From: Eledone cirrhosa
Taxonomy: Eukaryota
DNA length: 64,000 nt
NCBI GenBank assembly: GCA_964016885.1
Contig: OZ024741.1
Span: forward strand, 117,676,001-117,740,000
Direction: 5' to 3'
The position numbers and the translations under genes were made by a program. Shown here in pieces: positions 36,642-48,858 of the stretch. The notes beneath the pieces are model-generated. The model was given only the letters and a program-made list of their open reading frames with translations. It was not told where the DNA came from and did not search any database. How positions within the stretch are numbered: the stretch's first letter is position 1; every line of letters begins with the position of its first letter.

Positions 36642-37237
36642 GTAACATTTAATTATTCTATCATCTCCACCATTTAACACTCATTTTTCTTGCTAGCAAG
36701 GGTTGGACAAATGCATTTTGTCATGTCACCAACATTAGGGAGGTTATCATGTGTGTTTTGTCATTTTTCATTAAACATTACCCTGGAAATAAATATACTT
36801 TATAATTAATTTATTACCTTAATTTAAAGTTTCAAAATATTTTTATGCTTTAGTAATAACATCAAATAGTGGCAAATTGGCAGAGTTATTAGGGCATCAG
36901 ATTAAATGCCTCAGTATTTGTTTTGGCTCACTAGAGTCTAAGTTCAAATTCAACCAAGATCAACTTTGCCTTTCATCTTTTTGATTTTGATAAAGTACTG
37001 GGGTTGATTCTCTCTCTCTGAAATCGGCTGTTCCAGCCTAAAGAGGGATGGGTTTCACTAGGCTCAAAATGCCCAAGACATGCCATGTGTCAAGGCAGTG
37101 TCCCTACAACTCCATCCCAAGTTAAGGTCCCTTTTCTTTGTTTTAATAACATCTGTTTACATACCAAAAGCTGTTAAGGACTATTTCCTGTTTTTTGTTG
37201 TTTTTTATTAACATCTGTTGACATATTTGTTTGTTAG

Positions 37238-37430
37238 GTACCAAAAACTGTTGATGTATATGGGGCTTCCAGTCAGTGTAGCTAAAGACCAAAAAATTAG
37301 TCAGTTCTGTAAAGTGATCAGTGAATTTGCTCTGGAGTACCGAACGACGCGAGACAAAGTGAACCAACAGCTACTCAAGAAACAGAATCAACGAGAGAGG
37401 AAGAAGACGCGTGGTAAAATGATTCTTGAT
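37238..37430 (+). CDS. FHOD: FHOD exon, end of FH2 (YQKLLMYMG...ISEFALEYRTTR...KTRGKMILD)
   Basis: TAG acceptor and GTAAGT donor, phase 2-0; SEFALEYRTTR and KTRGKMI are FHOD signatures. Confidence 0.97.
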
Positions 37431-38398
37431 GTAAGTATTGTTCTTTTGAAAAACAAACTTTTCTTTAGATCCCTACAGAATATAGGGGTTAAATCAGTAT
37501 AGGAACACTTTTAAGTTTCATTAATGTGAAGAAACTACTCTGGAATGACAAGGGTAAAGATAGATGATAATGAACCTCCTTCATTTTCAACAATGAAGTT
37601 CTCAGTTGTTTGAATTAATGCAACAGGTTACATGTGAAATTAACATGTAGTAAAGCATACCACAGACACGTGTACCCTTAATGTAATTTTCAGAGAAATT
37701 CAGCGTGACAAGGCTGGCTCTTTGAATAACATATACAATCTATCTGATGAACTTCCAATTTCACTCACAAAGTATGGGTCAACTCAGGATTATGCAGTGG
37801 CATCAAACCCAGAACCTTATGCTGTGCTAGATATATCAGGGGGCAGTGTGTATGTATGTATATCATCATCATCATCACCGTTTAATGTCCATTTTTCCAT
37901 GCTAACATGGGTTAGACGAGTTGTCCTGTTGTGGGCAATGCTAGGTCAGGTGACCATGTCTTGCTCATACAGGAACTGATTTGGCTTGATTTCTACAGCT
38001 GGATGCCCTTCCTAACACCAACCTCATATATATATGCAGACAACAAGATATATGTATATATGGGTGTGTTATATGAGAGGCCTACCAAACCTAAACTGCC
38101 CCAGACACCCTCACCCTCCCAGGTCTAAATCTGATCCTAATCTTATGGCTTCAAAGCAAATTTTTAAAACCATTTGGCCATGCTGCATCCATAATATTTC
38201 TATTACTTATTATCCATCTCTATACTAAGTTATGGAACAGAAGCAACACATTGAATATAAACGGGTTTCAAATAATATATTTGTGCAGAATTGCAATTAT
38301 TGTTTCCTAAAAATTTTCTATCGAGTGAATCAACTCTTTCCTGAACAACATATTCTACTACTAGAATATATATAGATATATATATATGTACACTGTTG

Positions 38399-38438
<40 letters not shown>

Positions 38439-38584
38439 ACACTGTTGTCATATATATATATATATATATGTATGCTGTTGGGTGTTATATTCTATTATAT
38501 ATAAATATAATCTGTTTTACTGTAAAACAGTCTTTTAAAAAGCTATTTATATGAATATAAAAATATAATTATTTTGAATTGCAG

Positions 38585-38708
38585 ACTGAGAAATTTGTCA
38601 AATCTAAAGAACATGTAGCAGAAGATCCTTTACAGAAATTACTGGCCAATGGTTACACAAGTGCTGATGAACGTGGTTTACCTGGTCAGCTCTTGAGGAA
38701 AAAAGTTG
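38585..38708 (+). CDS. FHOD: FHOD exon, post-FH2 tail (TEKFVKSKEH...LRKKV)
   Basis: TGCAG acceptor and GTAAGT donor, phase 0-1, open frame linking FH2 to the DAD exon. Confidence 0.88.
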
Positions 38709-38796
38709 GTAAGTAATTTTTCACTGGGGTTTTTTACAGAAACTTCTTCTAAAGAAAGCATTGCTTTATATATATATACACGCACACACATATAAA

Positions 38797-39664
38797 CATC
38801 ACTATCACGGTTTAACATCCATTTTTCCATGCTAGCATGGGTTGGACGAGTTGTCCCATTGTAAGACAAACCAGATCAGGTGACTGTCTTACTCATACAG
38901 AACTGATTTTGGCTTGGTTTTTACAGCTGGATGCCCTTCTTAACACCAACCACGTTTACAGTGTGGACTGGGTACTTTTTGTTGTGACACCTACATGACC
39001 ACTTTACAGTGTGGGCTGGATGCTTTTTGTTGTGACACCTACACGACCAATTTATAGTGTGGGGTGGGTGCTTTTTATCGTGGATCCAAAATGTCCACTT
39101 TTCAGTATGGGCTGGTGGGGAAGGTGCATGGGGATAGGGGAGGTAAATATAGGGATGGGGGACTTATCAGATGATGGGTGGAGAGTAGGGACATGGGTGA
39201 AAGATGGGGTGTTTAGGACGTGGGTGAGGAAGGTAGGGGAAGTGGTGTATACTGAATGCATGTGCATAGGGGAAGGCGGGTCTTCTGTATAACTGCATAA
39301 TGCCAGAGATCTCGATCCTGTGTCACCATCTTAGAGAGGTGCAATTGTGCAAGGTCAGCCTTTATCACCTCATCCCAAGTCTGCTTAGGTCTTCCTACTC
39401 CATAGATACCTTCAACTTTGAGTAACCAGCACCTTTTTATACAGCTGTCATCCTTCATATGCATCACATGTCCACGCTAACACAATCTCCTCTCCTACAC
39501 ACTGCATGTGATCCCTCATATGCCTAGTTTCTCTCTCAGTTCACTTACGCTTTACCATTCATGTATATTACTTTTACATATCCAACGAAGCATGCCAGCT
39601 TCATTTCTTTCCAATCTTCACAGATCCTTTGCACACAGAGCCCAGGTCTCACTTCCATGCAACA
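38797..39664 (-). mobile_element. Older degraded RTE 3' fragment
   Basis: Minus strand reads HGSETWALCAKDL*RLERNEA...GRPKQTWDEVIKADL with stops, followed by a 3' UTR similar to 51013-51367 with about 47-bp subrepeats. Confidence 0.88.
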
Positions 39665-39776
39665 ATATATATATATATTTCAAGTTTCACATTGAAGCTG
39701 CAGTTGCAATAAGGCAACATCAGTTGAATTATCTGAGGCATAGGATTTGAGAGTAATGTTTCTGTTTGTCTTTCAG

Positions 39777-39917
39777 GTCGAGGTTGTATGACAACAGATT
39801 CTGAGATGTACGATACTGCTGATGATGAAATTTTAGAAGCCTGTGTACGGACGGCAGCTACACCATTAAAGAGACCACAGAAAGAAAGACGACGTTCTAG
39901 AGGACCTCGGAAATCTT
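39777..39917 (+). CDS. FHOD: FHOD exon with DAD core and start of basic region (DTADDEILEACVRTA...KERRRSRGPRKS)
   Basis: TTTCAG acceptor and GTAAGC donor, phase 1-1; resembles the FHOD DAD DEIMDLLV...RERKRSR.NRKS. Confidence 0.93.
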
Positions 39918-41522
39918 GTAAGCTTCTTAATTTTTTTACATTTTAGCTGAGCTTTTTTATTTTATATGTATATATATTTATCTATTTAATTATGACATAT
40001 AAAATTTGAAGATCATGTGGTATGGTAAGAATAGTCAACAGGTTCCTAGATGCTATTAATATTATAACATTACTGCTAATGTGAAGGCACAAGGCTTAGT
40101 AGTTAAATTGTAAAATGAAGAGTTCGATTCCAGATGCTGCATTGTGTCCCCCACTAAGTCACTTTATTTCATATTGCTCCAGTGTATCAAAAAGCCAACC
40201 TTGCCACATACTGTAACACTGAATATCCCTGAGATTTGTGTTAAGGGTACATGTATCTGTGAAATGCTCAGCCACTTGCATGTTACTTCATGATCAAGTT
40301 GTTCCATTGATCAAGCAACTGGAGCATTCATCATCAAAACCAACATTGCTAAAAGTATCACATAGTATAACATCCTGTGATATTGATAATTGTGTGAAGA
40401 AAACAGCTACAACTCATCAAATATTTTGAGGCCATTTTCCCTCCTAAAGCAAAGGTTAACCTTAAGAGCCCCCTGACAGTCTTCATACAAATTATAGGGT
40501 TCTTTTGGAGACAATGTTTTAAAGCTAGATTCTCTTTTAGTTGCCTCTTACGACCTGCTGGTTCAGAGTGTACCTGTTCTAAACTAACTTAACAGATGAT
40601 GTTAAACAATGATGATGATATATATATATAATTGTATATTATCAATGATTAATATAAATTAGTAATATCATCATCATCATCATCATCACATAATTGTATA
40701 TTACAATGATTAATATAAATTAGTAATATCATCAGCATCATTATCATCACCACGTAAAACGGTGATGATGATGATGATATTACTAATTTATATTAATCAT
40801 TGATAATATACAATTATATATATATATATCATCATCATCATTGTTTAACATCTATTTTTCTATGTTTGATTGAGTTAGAGTTGTCACGTTATAAGACAAG
40901 TCAGGTCCGGAGACCATGTGATACTCATACAGATCTTAATTTTGGCTTGGTTTCTACAGCTGGATGCTCTTCCTAACACCAACCACTTTACAGTGTGGAC
41001 ATCGTGCTTTTTATCATGACATCAAACTGGCCACCTTACAGGGTGAACTTGGTGCTTTTTGTTGTCACCAATAGAACACAGGGTGGGGGTGGGTACTTTT
41101 GTTGTGGCACTGGATCAGCATACAGTATCGATTTTTTTGCTTTTTGTCATAGCAATAGCACTGCTGGTATATATATATATGAGCAAGATGTGGTCACCTG
41201 ACCTGACCTGTCTCATAACGTAACAACCCGTCTAACTCATGCAAGTGACGAAAAATAAACATTAAATGACAACAACAACAATGATGCTGATATATATATA
41301 GTTCGTAGATCCACATGAAATTAGGTAGTATAATCTTGGTTCATCTAACCAATTTATTTACTCAATGAGAGTACACAACAACTCAACAAGTAGTTAGTGT
41401 TATGATTTTATGTAATGTGAATTAAACAAATAGGAAGAATAGACCTCAAATATACCACATGAAAAGATATTAAATATAATTTAACTTGTGTATGATGATG
41501 ATAATTTTGATATATGGCACAC

Positions 41523-41589
<67 letters not shown>

Positions 41590-42647
41590 AAATAGTTGGG
41601 ATTAGATTTTATTTTTATCATACTTTATTCTATTTTAGCTGCATGGTTGTATAAAGCTTCTTGGAATTAATGTCTATTTTATTGTATGTTTAAATCATTC
41701 TAAGAAATATATATATGTTCTATAAATTTTGCATTTATATTGCTGTATAGTTAAGACCATTGTATTCAAAAATTAAATGTATGTTAAACTTTGAATGTGT
41801 AAATGTCAATTTGTGTTGCATAAATTTCTAGACTTCATAAAAATGTTATGTTGCTATATAGTGATAACCTTAAATATTCTAATCTTGGATACTCATGTGA
41901 TATTATATTACTTCTATGATGCTATTATATCTACTCCTAATCTGAATGTTTAAATAACTACCTTGGATAAGTCTTGCTGATTATACAAAAAAAAAGAAAG
42001 AAAAAGTTAAAAAAGAAACAAAAAGTTATGTTGATGCTTTTTATTTGTTTATTGCCTATTAACTTGGCTGCGTTTATAACATTTCAGGGATCTGGGAGAA
42101 TGGTATCTAGGTAATATTGTGTTCATTGTAACCAGTCTATTTTGGTGTTGTTGTATGCAGGCTTCATTTATCTGGCCAGAGTTTTTGGTCAAATGGTCAG
42201 TCCACACCTACGCCCACACAAATATTAAAAGTTAAAAGAACACTATCTTTTTTTTAATTATAATTTCACAACTTTCAAACTGTCTGGTGCCTTTTTTCCT
42301 TTTACTTTCTTTGTTGTCTGCATCTGTGTATTTATATGTAAATGTGTCAAAAATATTTTTTGTGAAGCCATCTGTATGTATTGCTGTTCTCCGCTTATAA
42401 CTAATACAAAATATGTCAACCATAGGCAGTTAGTATTAAGTATTACTTAACCTTTAACATCCTGCAATTGTTTAACAAAAGATATCTAAAAACGGGTTTG
42501 TTAATTCAAATGTGTGTAGTATCTTTACTAGTGGATAGATTGTTGCATTATTTGTAATATTAAAGTAAAGACTTCAATTTTTTTAATTAGATGTAGTCAT
42601 AGAGCTCATTTATACTTTTCAAGAATGTTTTTGTTCATGCAGTTTAA

Positions 42648-42865
42648 CCCTTTAGTATTTACATTACTCTATATTTACTATTATATTTTCATGGTAAAGG
42701 CTTCACCTCACATAATTATCTCACATAATCTCGAATCTATGAGATTTTGATATTATTTATTTTGATATATTATTCACATCAGTATGAGCGGCCGGTTACA
42801 GCCAGTTTGAACAAAAAGCGGTGAGGGAATTCTGGTCGGATACAGCCAGTTTAAATGCTAAAGGG
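42648..42865. mobile_element. TTAA-flanked piggyBac-like MITE family A (CCCTTTAG...CTAAAGGG), nested in a family B copy
   Basis: TTAA-CCCTTTAGTATTTA ... TAAATGCTAAAGGG-TTAA. The host sequence resumes collinearly with 8750-8790. Confidence 0.85.
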
Positions 42866-45086
42866 TTAATGTCATACAGGACGTTAATAGTAAAATGGAA
42901 AAATCTTAGATATTGATTGAAGTTCATAATATAGTTAAATAGTAGAATTTAACCTTTTCAATATTATATTTTTAATGGAATACAATGTCTTTGATTTTTA
43001 AATCATTTTGAAAATAATAAGAATTTCTCACTATTAAACTGTGAGGAGCATAGTTTCACAAAAGTTGTTCCATAAAATTATGACAGTTTTTAGATATATA
43101 TATAAACACTTTAAAACAAACAATTTTGTATTGTAGAACCAGGACAGGTTTGAGGCAGTTAGGTTGATATCAACAGAGATTAATAAACAAGGTCAAAATT
43201 TATATTATTATCTGGCTTTACAGACAGCAGTAGCAACAAAGTTATGTTGTGACTGTTATAAAATCTGCTATAAATAATTCCAATGAGATCAAAATAGTTA
43301 CATAGATATTGAATAAATAGTACAAAATGGTACTCTAGACATTCTAACTTCCTAGGCTAGACATAGTTTTGTAATCAGGAAATACTGTAGGAATTCTTTC
43401 CTCTGGTGTATATTCTTATGTGGAGTCTCATCACTGATATACATATGTGTGTGAGTGTGTGTGTATTATATTTTTAAAAAGTCTGTCCCAAGCCTAAAGA
43501 TTCATCAGGCCTAATGCTTATTCCAGTTTTATTCATGTTAAACAACTGGGAGTACAAGAATCTTACAAAACAAATACAAAAACGAAATAATATTATACTA
43601 TACATTTTTTTGTTTGTTTTTGTTTATTTCAATTTTGGTGGGAAGGAAAAGCTGTATAAAGCTGCATAAAGACAGTAATAGTTTTTCTAAGTAATGTTTT
43701 TATCAAAATTAAATTCATAACAATTCTTTGAATTATGGTCAAAGTTTCATTTGCTTCAAAAATGCACTGATAAAAATGTTTATTACCTGTCTGCGCTAAT
43801 ATATATGTTAACCCTGTTCAATCTGCTTCTCTCTGTTATATTCAGTTTAACTACTAGAAGTAAATATGTTCCATGTGTTATGTTAAGTAGCTTCTGTTGT
43901 CTATGTTTACAAATGTATTAACAAACCCAGATTACTGTGAATAGATGACTGCTTCAGAATCAAAATTTAACATAGTATTCAAAGTCAAAATATATATTCT
44001 TTCAGTTTCTCTCTCTGTCTAGCTAAATACAAATGTTTTAAGGTATTTTCCTCTGCTAATGCAACCCCATGACCGGCTTCATACTCATCGAGAGGTCTTT
44101 TTGGGGGCAATTTTTTATGGTCAGACACCCTTGCTAGTACTAACCCTTTTAATCAACTCTTACAGTACACACTGATACAGTGTACTTATTCTAAACCAGA
44201 TACACAGTGTCATCTAACTAAAGACAATCTGTTATAATTTCTGATATATTGTTGAGTTAGTTCATGACTGACCTGGGAGCAAATGAACATTTGACATCAT
44301 ACCTCCATTAAGTTCATATAAAATAATGAGTGATCTTAAATTATTGGTTTAAAACCATCTTTGTTGGGTCAGTCATGTAATCTACATGGACATTGTGCAC
44401 ACACCAAAGCATCTCCTCTATTACTACAGGGAAAAGAACAGTTAGTGGCCAGAAAAAATGCTACAATGTCATCCTGAAAGTAACACTTAAAGCCATGAGT
44501 ATTGACATGAATCCTGGTAATAACTTGCTCAGACTAGAATCCTGTGGCACATCCTCATCAACAAAGGTGGAAAATCATCACAAGAGACACACACATTCAG
44601 GCTGTGGACACCAAACTTGAGCTCCACAAAGCCCAGTCAGTCTGTACAGGCCACATATACATTACATGTAGCCAGAATCAGTCTCCCCAGTTAGGTACAG
44701 ACCCATAAAACCTAATCAATCAGGTAGTGAAAGTCATTGATAATTGATACATGAACTACAACAGCTACAAAAATAACAACTGATGTTTATTTAAGAGAAA
44801 AATAATACATAAGTCAGTGGAACTAACATTTCTTTAAAGTACAGAGATTGTTCTCATCATCATTTAGAAACATGACCCCTTAATTTCTGAACTGTAACTA
44901 ATTCTTTATAATATGGAGTAAAACACACCCCTCCTCTTCCTCAATTTCCTCTCCTTCATCATCATCAATGTCAACGTGGAGAACTTGAAAATTCAGTCAG
45001 AAAATCATTAGATAAAATAAAATGGAAATCTTTTAGCTGGTCTTAATATTAACTTCGGACATACATATCAGATTATAGAAGTGTAT

Positions 45087-45300
45087 ATCATCATCATCAT
45101 CATCATCATCAACGTTTAACGTCCGTGTTCCACGCTTGCATGGGTTTGGACGGGGGTTTTCCCACTTGAGGCAAGAGTGATTGTCTTGCTCGCATAGGAC
45201 TGTCTGGCAGGTTTTCTACAGTTGGATGCCCTTCCTAACACCAACCACATTTACAGTGTGGGTCTGGGAGGTTTTTACCGTGTTGCCTACACGGCCACAT
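45087..45300 (-). mobile_element. Short 5'-truncated copy of the young RTE (3' UTR + GAT tail)
   Basis: Reverse complement of 51157-51367 with about 2 mismatches seen by eye. Confidence 0.92.
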
Positions 45301-47018
45301 GGAGACATATATATGATATGCATGCCATGATAAAAATATAACAGTACAAGTGATTGGCATTTGGAAGGGCATCCAACTATAGAAACCATGCCAAATGTGG
45401 AATGTATGAGCTAAATATGGTTCTTCAACCAGTCTAATCTCAGACTATAATGACCTGTCCAACTCCTGCCAGCATTGAAAGCAAGTATAAAATGATGATG
45501 ATGATGATCTACTTCAATAAATTATTATCTGAAGAAAGAACTGTAATTAGAAACCAACCTCTATTCTCATTAGAAACAATAAATAAATAAGAACATACAA
45601 ACATCATTTGTAATATTTTCTTCATTGTTGGTATCAGTCTTAGCATAAAATGACTAATGCTAATCCCTCATAAAATATTTAACTTAATCCTATTTTACTA
45701 ATTGATAGTTGTAATTAATTACACTGATATTAATTGATGTTGATTGCAAAGAAACTGTTTTAAGTTTTTAGAGAAAACTTTTCAGGCTGTCCTTGTATGA
45801 AACAACTTCTCTAGAGCTGGTGCCACAATAAAATGTACCCTGTGCAGCATGTAAAGTGATAGTGTTAGAACCATGATAAAATGCAGCTAGTCCACTCTGA
45901 AAAGTGATAATGCTAGTGTGAAGGAAAATGCACCTAGCATTCCCTGTCAAGAGGTTGGTATAAGGAAAGGCAGACAACCATAGAAACCATGCTAAATATG
46001 AAATATAATGAATAAGATTGGTCATTCCAGCATAGAAAACGGACTAAAGATGATGATGATGATGATATAAAAGAAAATGCAAGTTTTGAAGAGATATTTC
46101 AACATGGAAAATTAAAAGAGCTCACATCCATCTTGCAGAAAGAGAAAAAAAATAGTCTTAGCCAAATCTTTCTATACCCACCCTCCCACCAAAATGACCT
46201 CCTTTTCATGAGCATCATTGTGTATATAGTAGGGCAGTGAATTGGCAAAATTGTAGAGCATCAAACAAGTTGCTTTGCAGCATTTAGTTGCAGTTGTTTA
46301 TGTTCTGAGTTCAAATCCCACCAAGGTCAACCTTGTCTTTCATCCTCTTATGGTCAATAAATTTTAAGTAACAGTCAAGGTTGATTTAATCAAGTTCTTC
46401 TCGAAATTAGAATTATTATTGTGTATATAATCCTCCATTACTCTCTCCCCCCTTACTATCCTACCACTCTGTTTTCCTTGTATTACATTCACATTCATAC
46501 TCTCACCTATTTCACTCTGTTGACCAACACATTCTCTCTCTCCCTTTGTTCACATTTGCAGTCACATTTGTCTTGAAAGAAAGGAGACTAGATAGAGTAG
46601 ACTCTTCAGACTTGCAGTGGGCAATATAACATCTCTAGTGTTGGTATCACAATAAAATGCATCCAGTACACTCTAAAGTGATTGTTGATCAATCAGTGAC
46701 AATGTAGGACCACAAAAATAGCAATTGATATCATAGAAATACAGTAACATCTGTACAGAGGCCCCTCTCCCTTTCACCTAATTCCAAATTATGATTCTTT
46801 CTCCAGGACAAAATTAGTTTTAATAGCAATTATTCTGTGAGCAACCAAAATAGTGAGGGCTCTCCATTACAATTTTACTGTATTTCTGCATCTACCCTGC
46901 ACCAAAATATGTATTGAGTTCTATTTCAATTAGTGGTCTTTCCAACTCCTCATATATGTGGTGTCATAACATTTAAAATTATTCTACCAATATTGCTCTC
47001 CATTCCCCATACACACAC

Positions 47019-47050
<32 letters not shown>

Positions 47051-47065
47051 ATTTATATATATAAA

Positions 47066-47397
47066 GACCCCTAAGGTCACAAATGACCATGGGATTTGCA
47101 CCTAGAAAGTTCTCCGAGGCACAAGACCAGGCAAGGTTGTTTGTAGAAAGACCAGCAGACATCCATGCATACCAGTCTCCCCTCTCCATGCCACCAATGT
47201 TGTCCAAGGGAAAGGCAATGGCCAATACAGCTTGGTACCAGTGACATCGCAACTAATTTCTACAGCTGAATGAACTGAAGCAATGGGAAGTGAAGTGTCT
47301 TGCTCAACGACACAATGCATCAACCGGTCTGAGAGTCAAACCCACCACCTCTCGATTGCAAGCTCAATACTCTAACCAGTAAGCCATGCGCCTTCAC
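47066..47397 (-). mobile_element. tRNA-derived SINE, second tail type
   Basis: Minus-strand head GAAGGCGCATGGCTTACTGGTTAGAG...GGTTTGACTC; collinear with the + copy at about 28566-28895. Confidence 0.75.
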
Positions 47398-47409
47398 CAC
47401 ATATATATT

Positions 47410-47442
<33 letters not shown>

Positions 47443-48858
47443 CTTACACAAGGTAGTGAATTGGTAGAGTCATAGGAACATCCGATGGAATATTTTGCAG
47501 TTTCCATTCCGGTTCTCTGTGCTCAAATTCCGCCAAGGTCAGCTTTGCCTTTCATCCTCTCAAGGTCGATAAAAATAGTACCAACCCACTACTGGCATCA
47601 ATTCTTTATCTATATCTCTTTCTCACTTCCTCTCTCCCACTCTCTTTAAAAAAAAATGCTTGTGTTCAGACCTGGAGAAGAGATAGGCATGGCCATGTTT
47701 AAAATGCCCTAGCTATACCATATGATATGCCAGTGTCCCTACAACTCCATTAGGAGTTATGAGCCCAGACATACATATATGTACACACACTTTCCAACTT
47801 TTGAAACAGTAGCATTGTTATCATTATTATTATTATTATTATTGTTTTGCTCTGTAACAGAGTGAGGTTTGCTTTGAGTTCTGGATTGTTCTTCAAAATG
47901 GTGCTTTTCTAAAAGGCATGAATTGTTCCTTTATTTTCAGTACTTTCATTAAATTGTGTTTTATATCGCTTAATTAATGTATTTTAATGAAGCAACAACA
48001 GTTTATTTTATTATCTCTGTTTCACACATTAACTGTTTATTGCTCTCTTGGCTGTTCATTTCTATCTTGTCAGTCTCTCTCTCTTCTCAGGCATGTCAGA
48101 TTTTGCTCTCAGCACATTTTTATTTCCAATGTATCACTTCATTTCAATCAACAATTAATAATTATATTGATTGTTTTATTCCAGCTTAAAAGACTTTTTC
48201 TTTTCAAAATAATTTCAGAAATCCTATGTAAAGCTAAACTTTATACCTATTCCATTCTTTCAGATTTAATATAAAAATAGTTTAATCCTTTTGTTACTAT
48301 ATTTCTAACGAAAGATACTGCCTATGATTTTTTAAGAATTTTGAATATAATGGAGAATTTCGCAAGATTTTGTAATGTAACTAACTTTAGCATTTGGAGC
48401 ATAACTTAAAAAAGGTTCCTAAATAAAATTGATAGAAGATTAAACATTTTAAAACAAACAATGTTGTATCATAGAATGAGGAGCAGTTTTAGGGAGTTTG
48501 ATATCAAAATGGTTTTATCATTCCATGGCCATATTTCTAATGAAATACACAATCCATGGGTTTTCTATTAATTTTGAAAATTATCAAGAATTTGGAAGGA
48601 TTAAATAAAAATTAACTTTGTCATTATTAAACTGGTGCTTAGGGTGGTGGATTAGCAAAGTTGTTAGAGTCTTGGACAAAATGCAAAAATAATGTCCAGT
48701 CATATTTTAGTCCAACAATTATTTCATATTTAGGATCAAGGATTTGTGTTTTTAAAGAATCTGTTTGAATTAAAATCCGATCAATTCAATTAACTCTTTT
48801 GATATCAAACCATCCAAAACTGCTGGTTTTAAAGTATTTATATATATATATATATATA

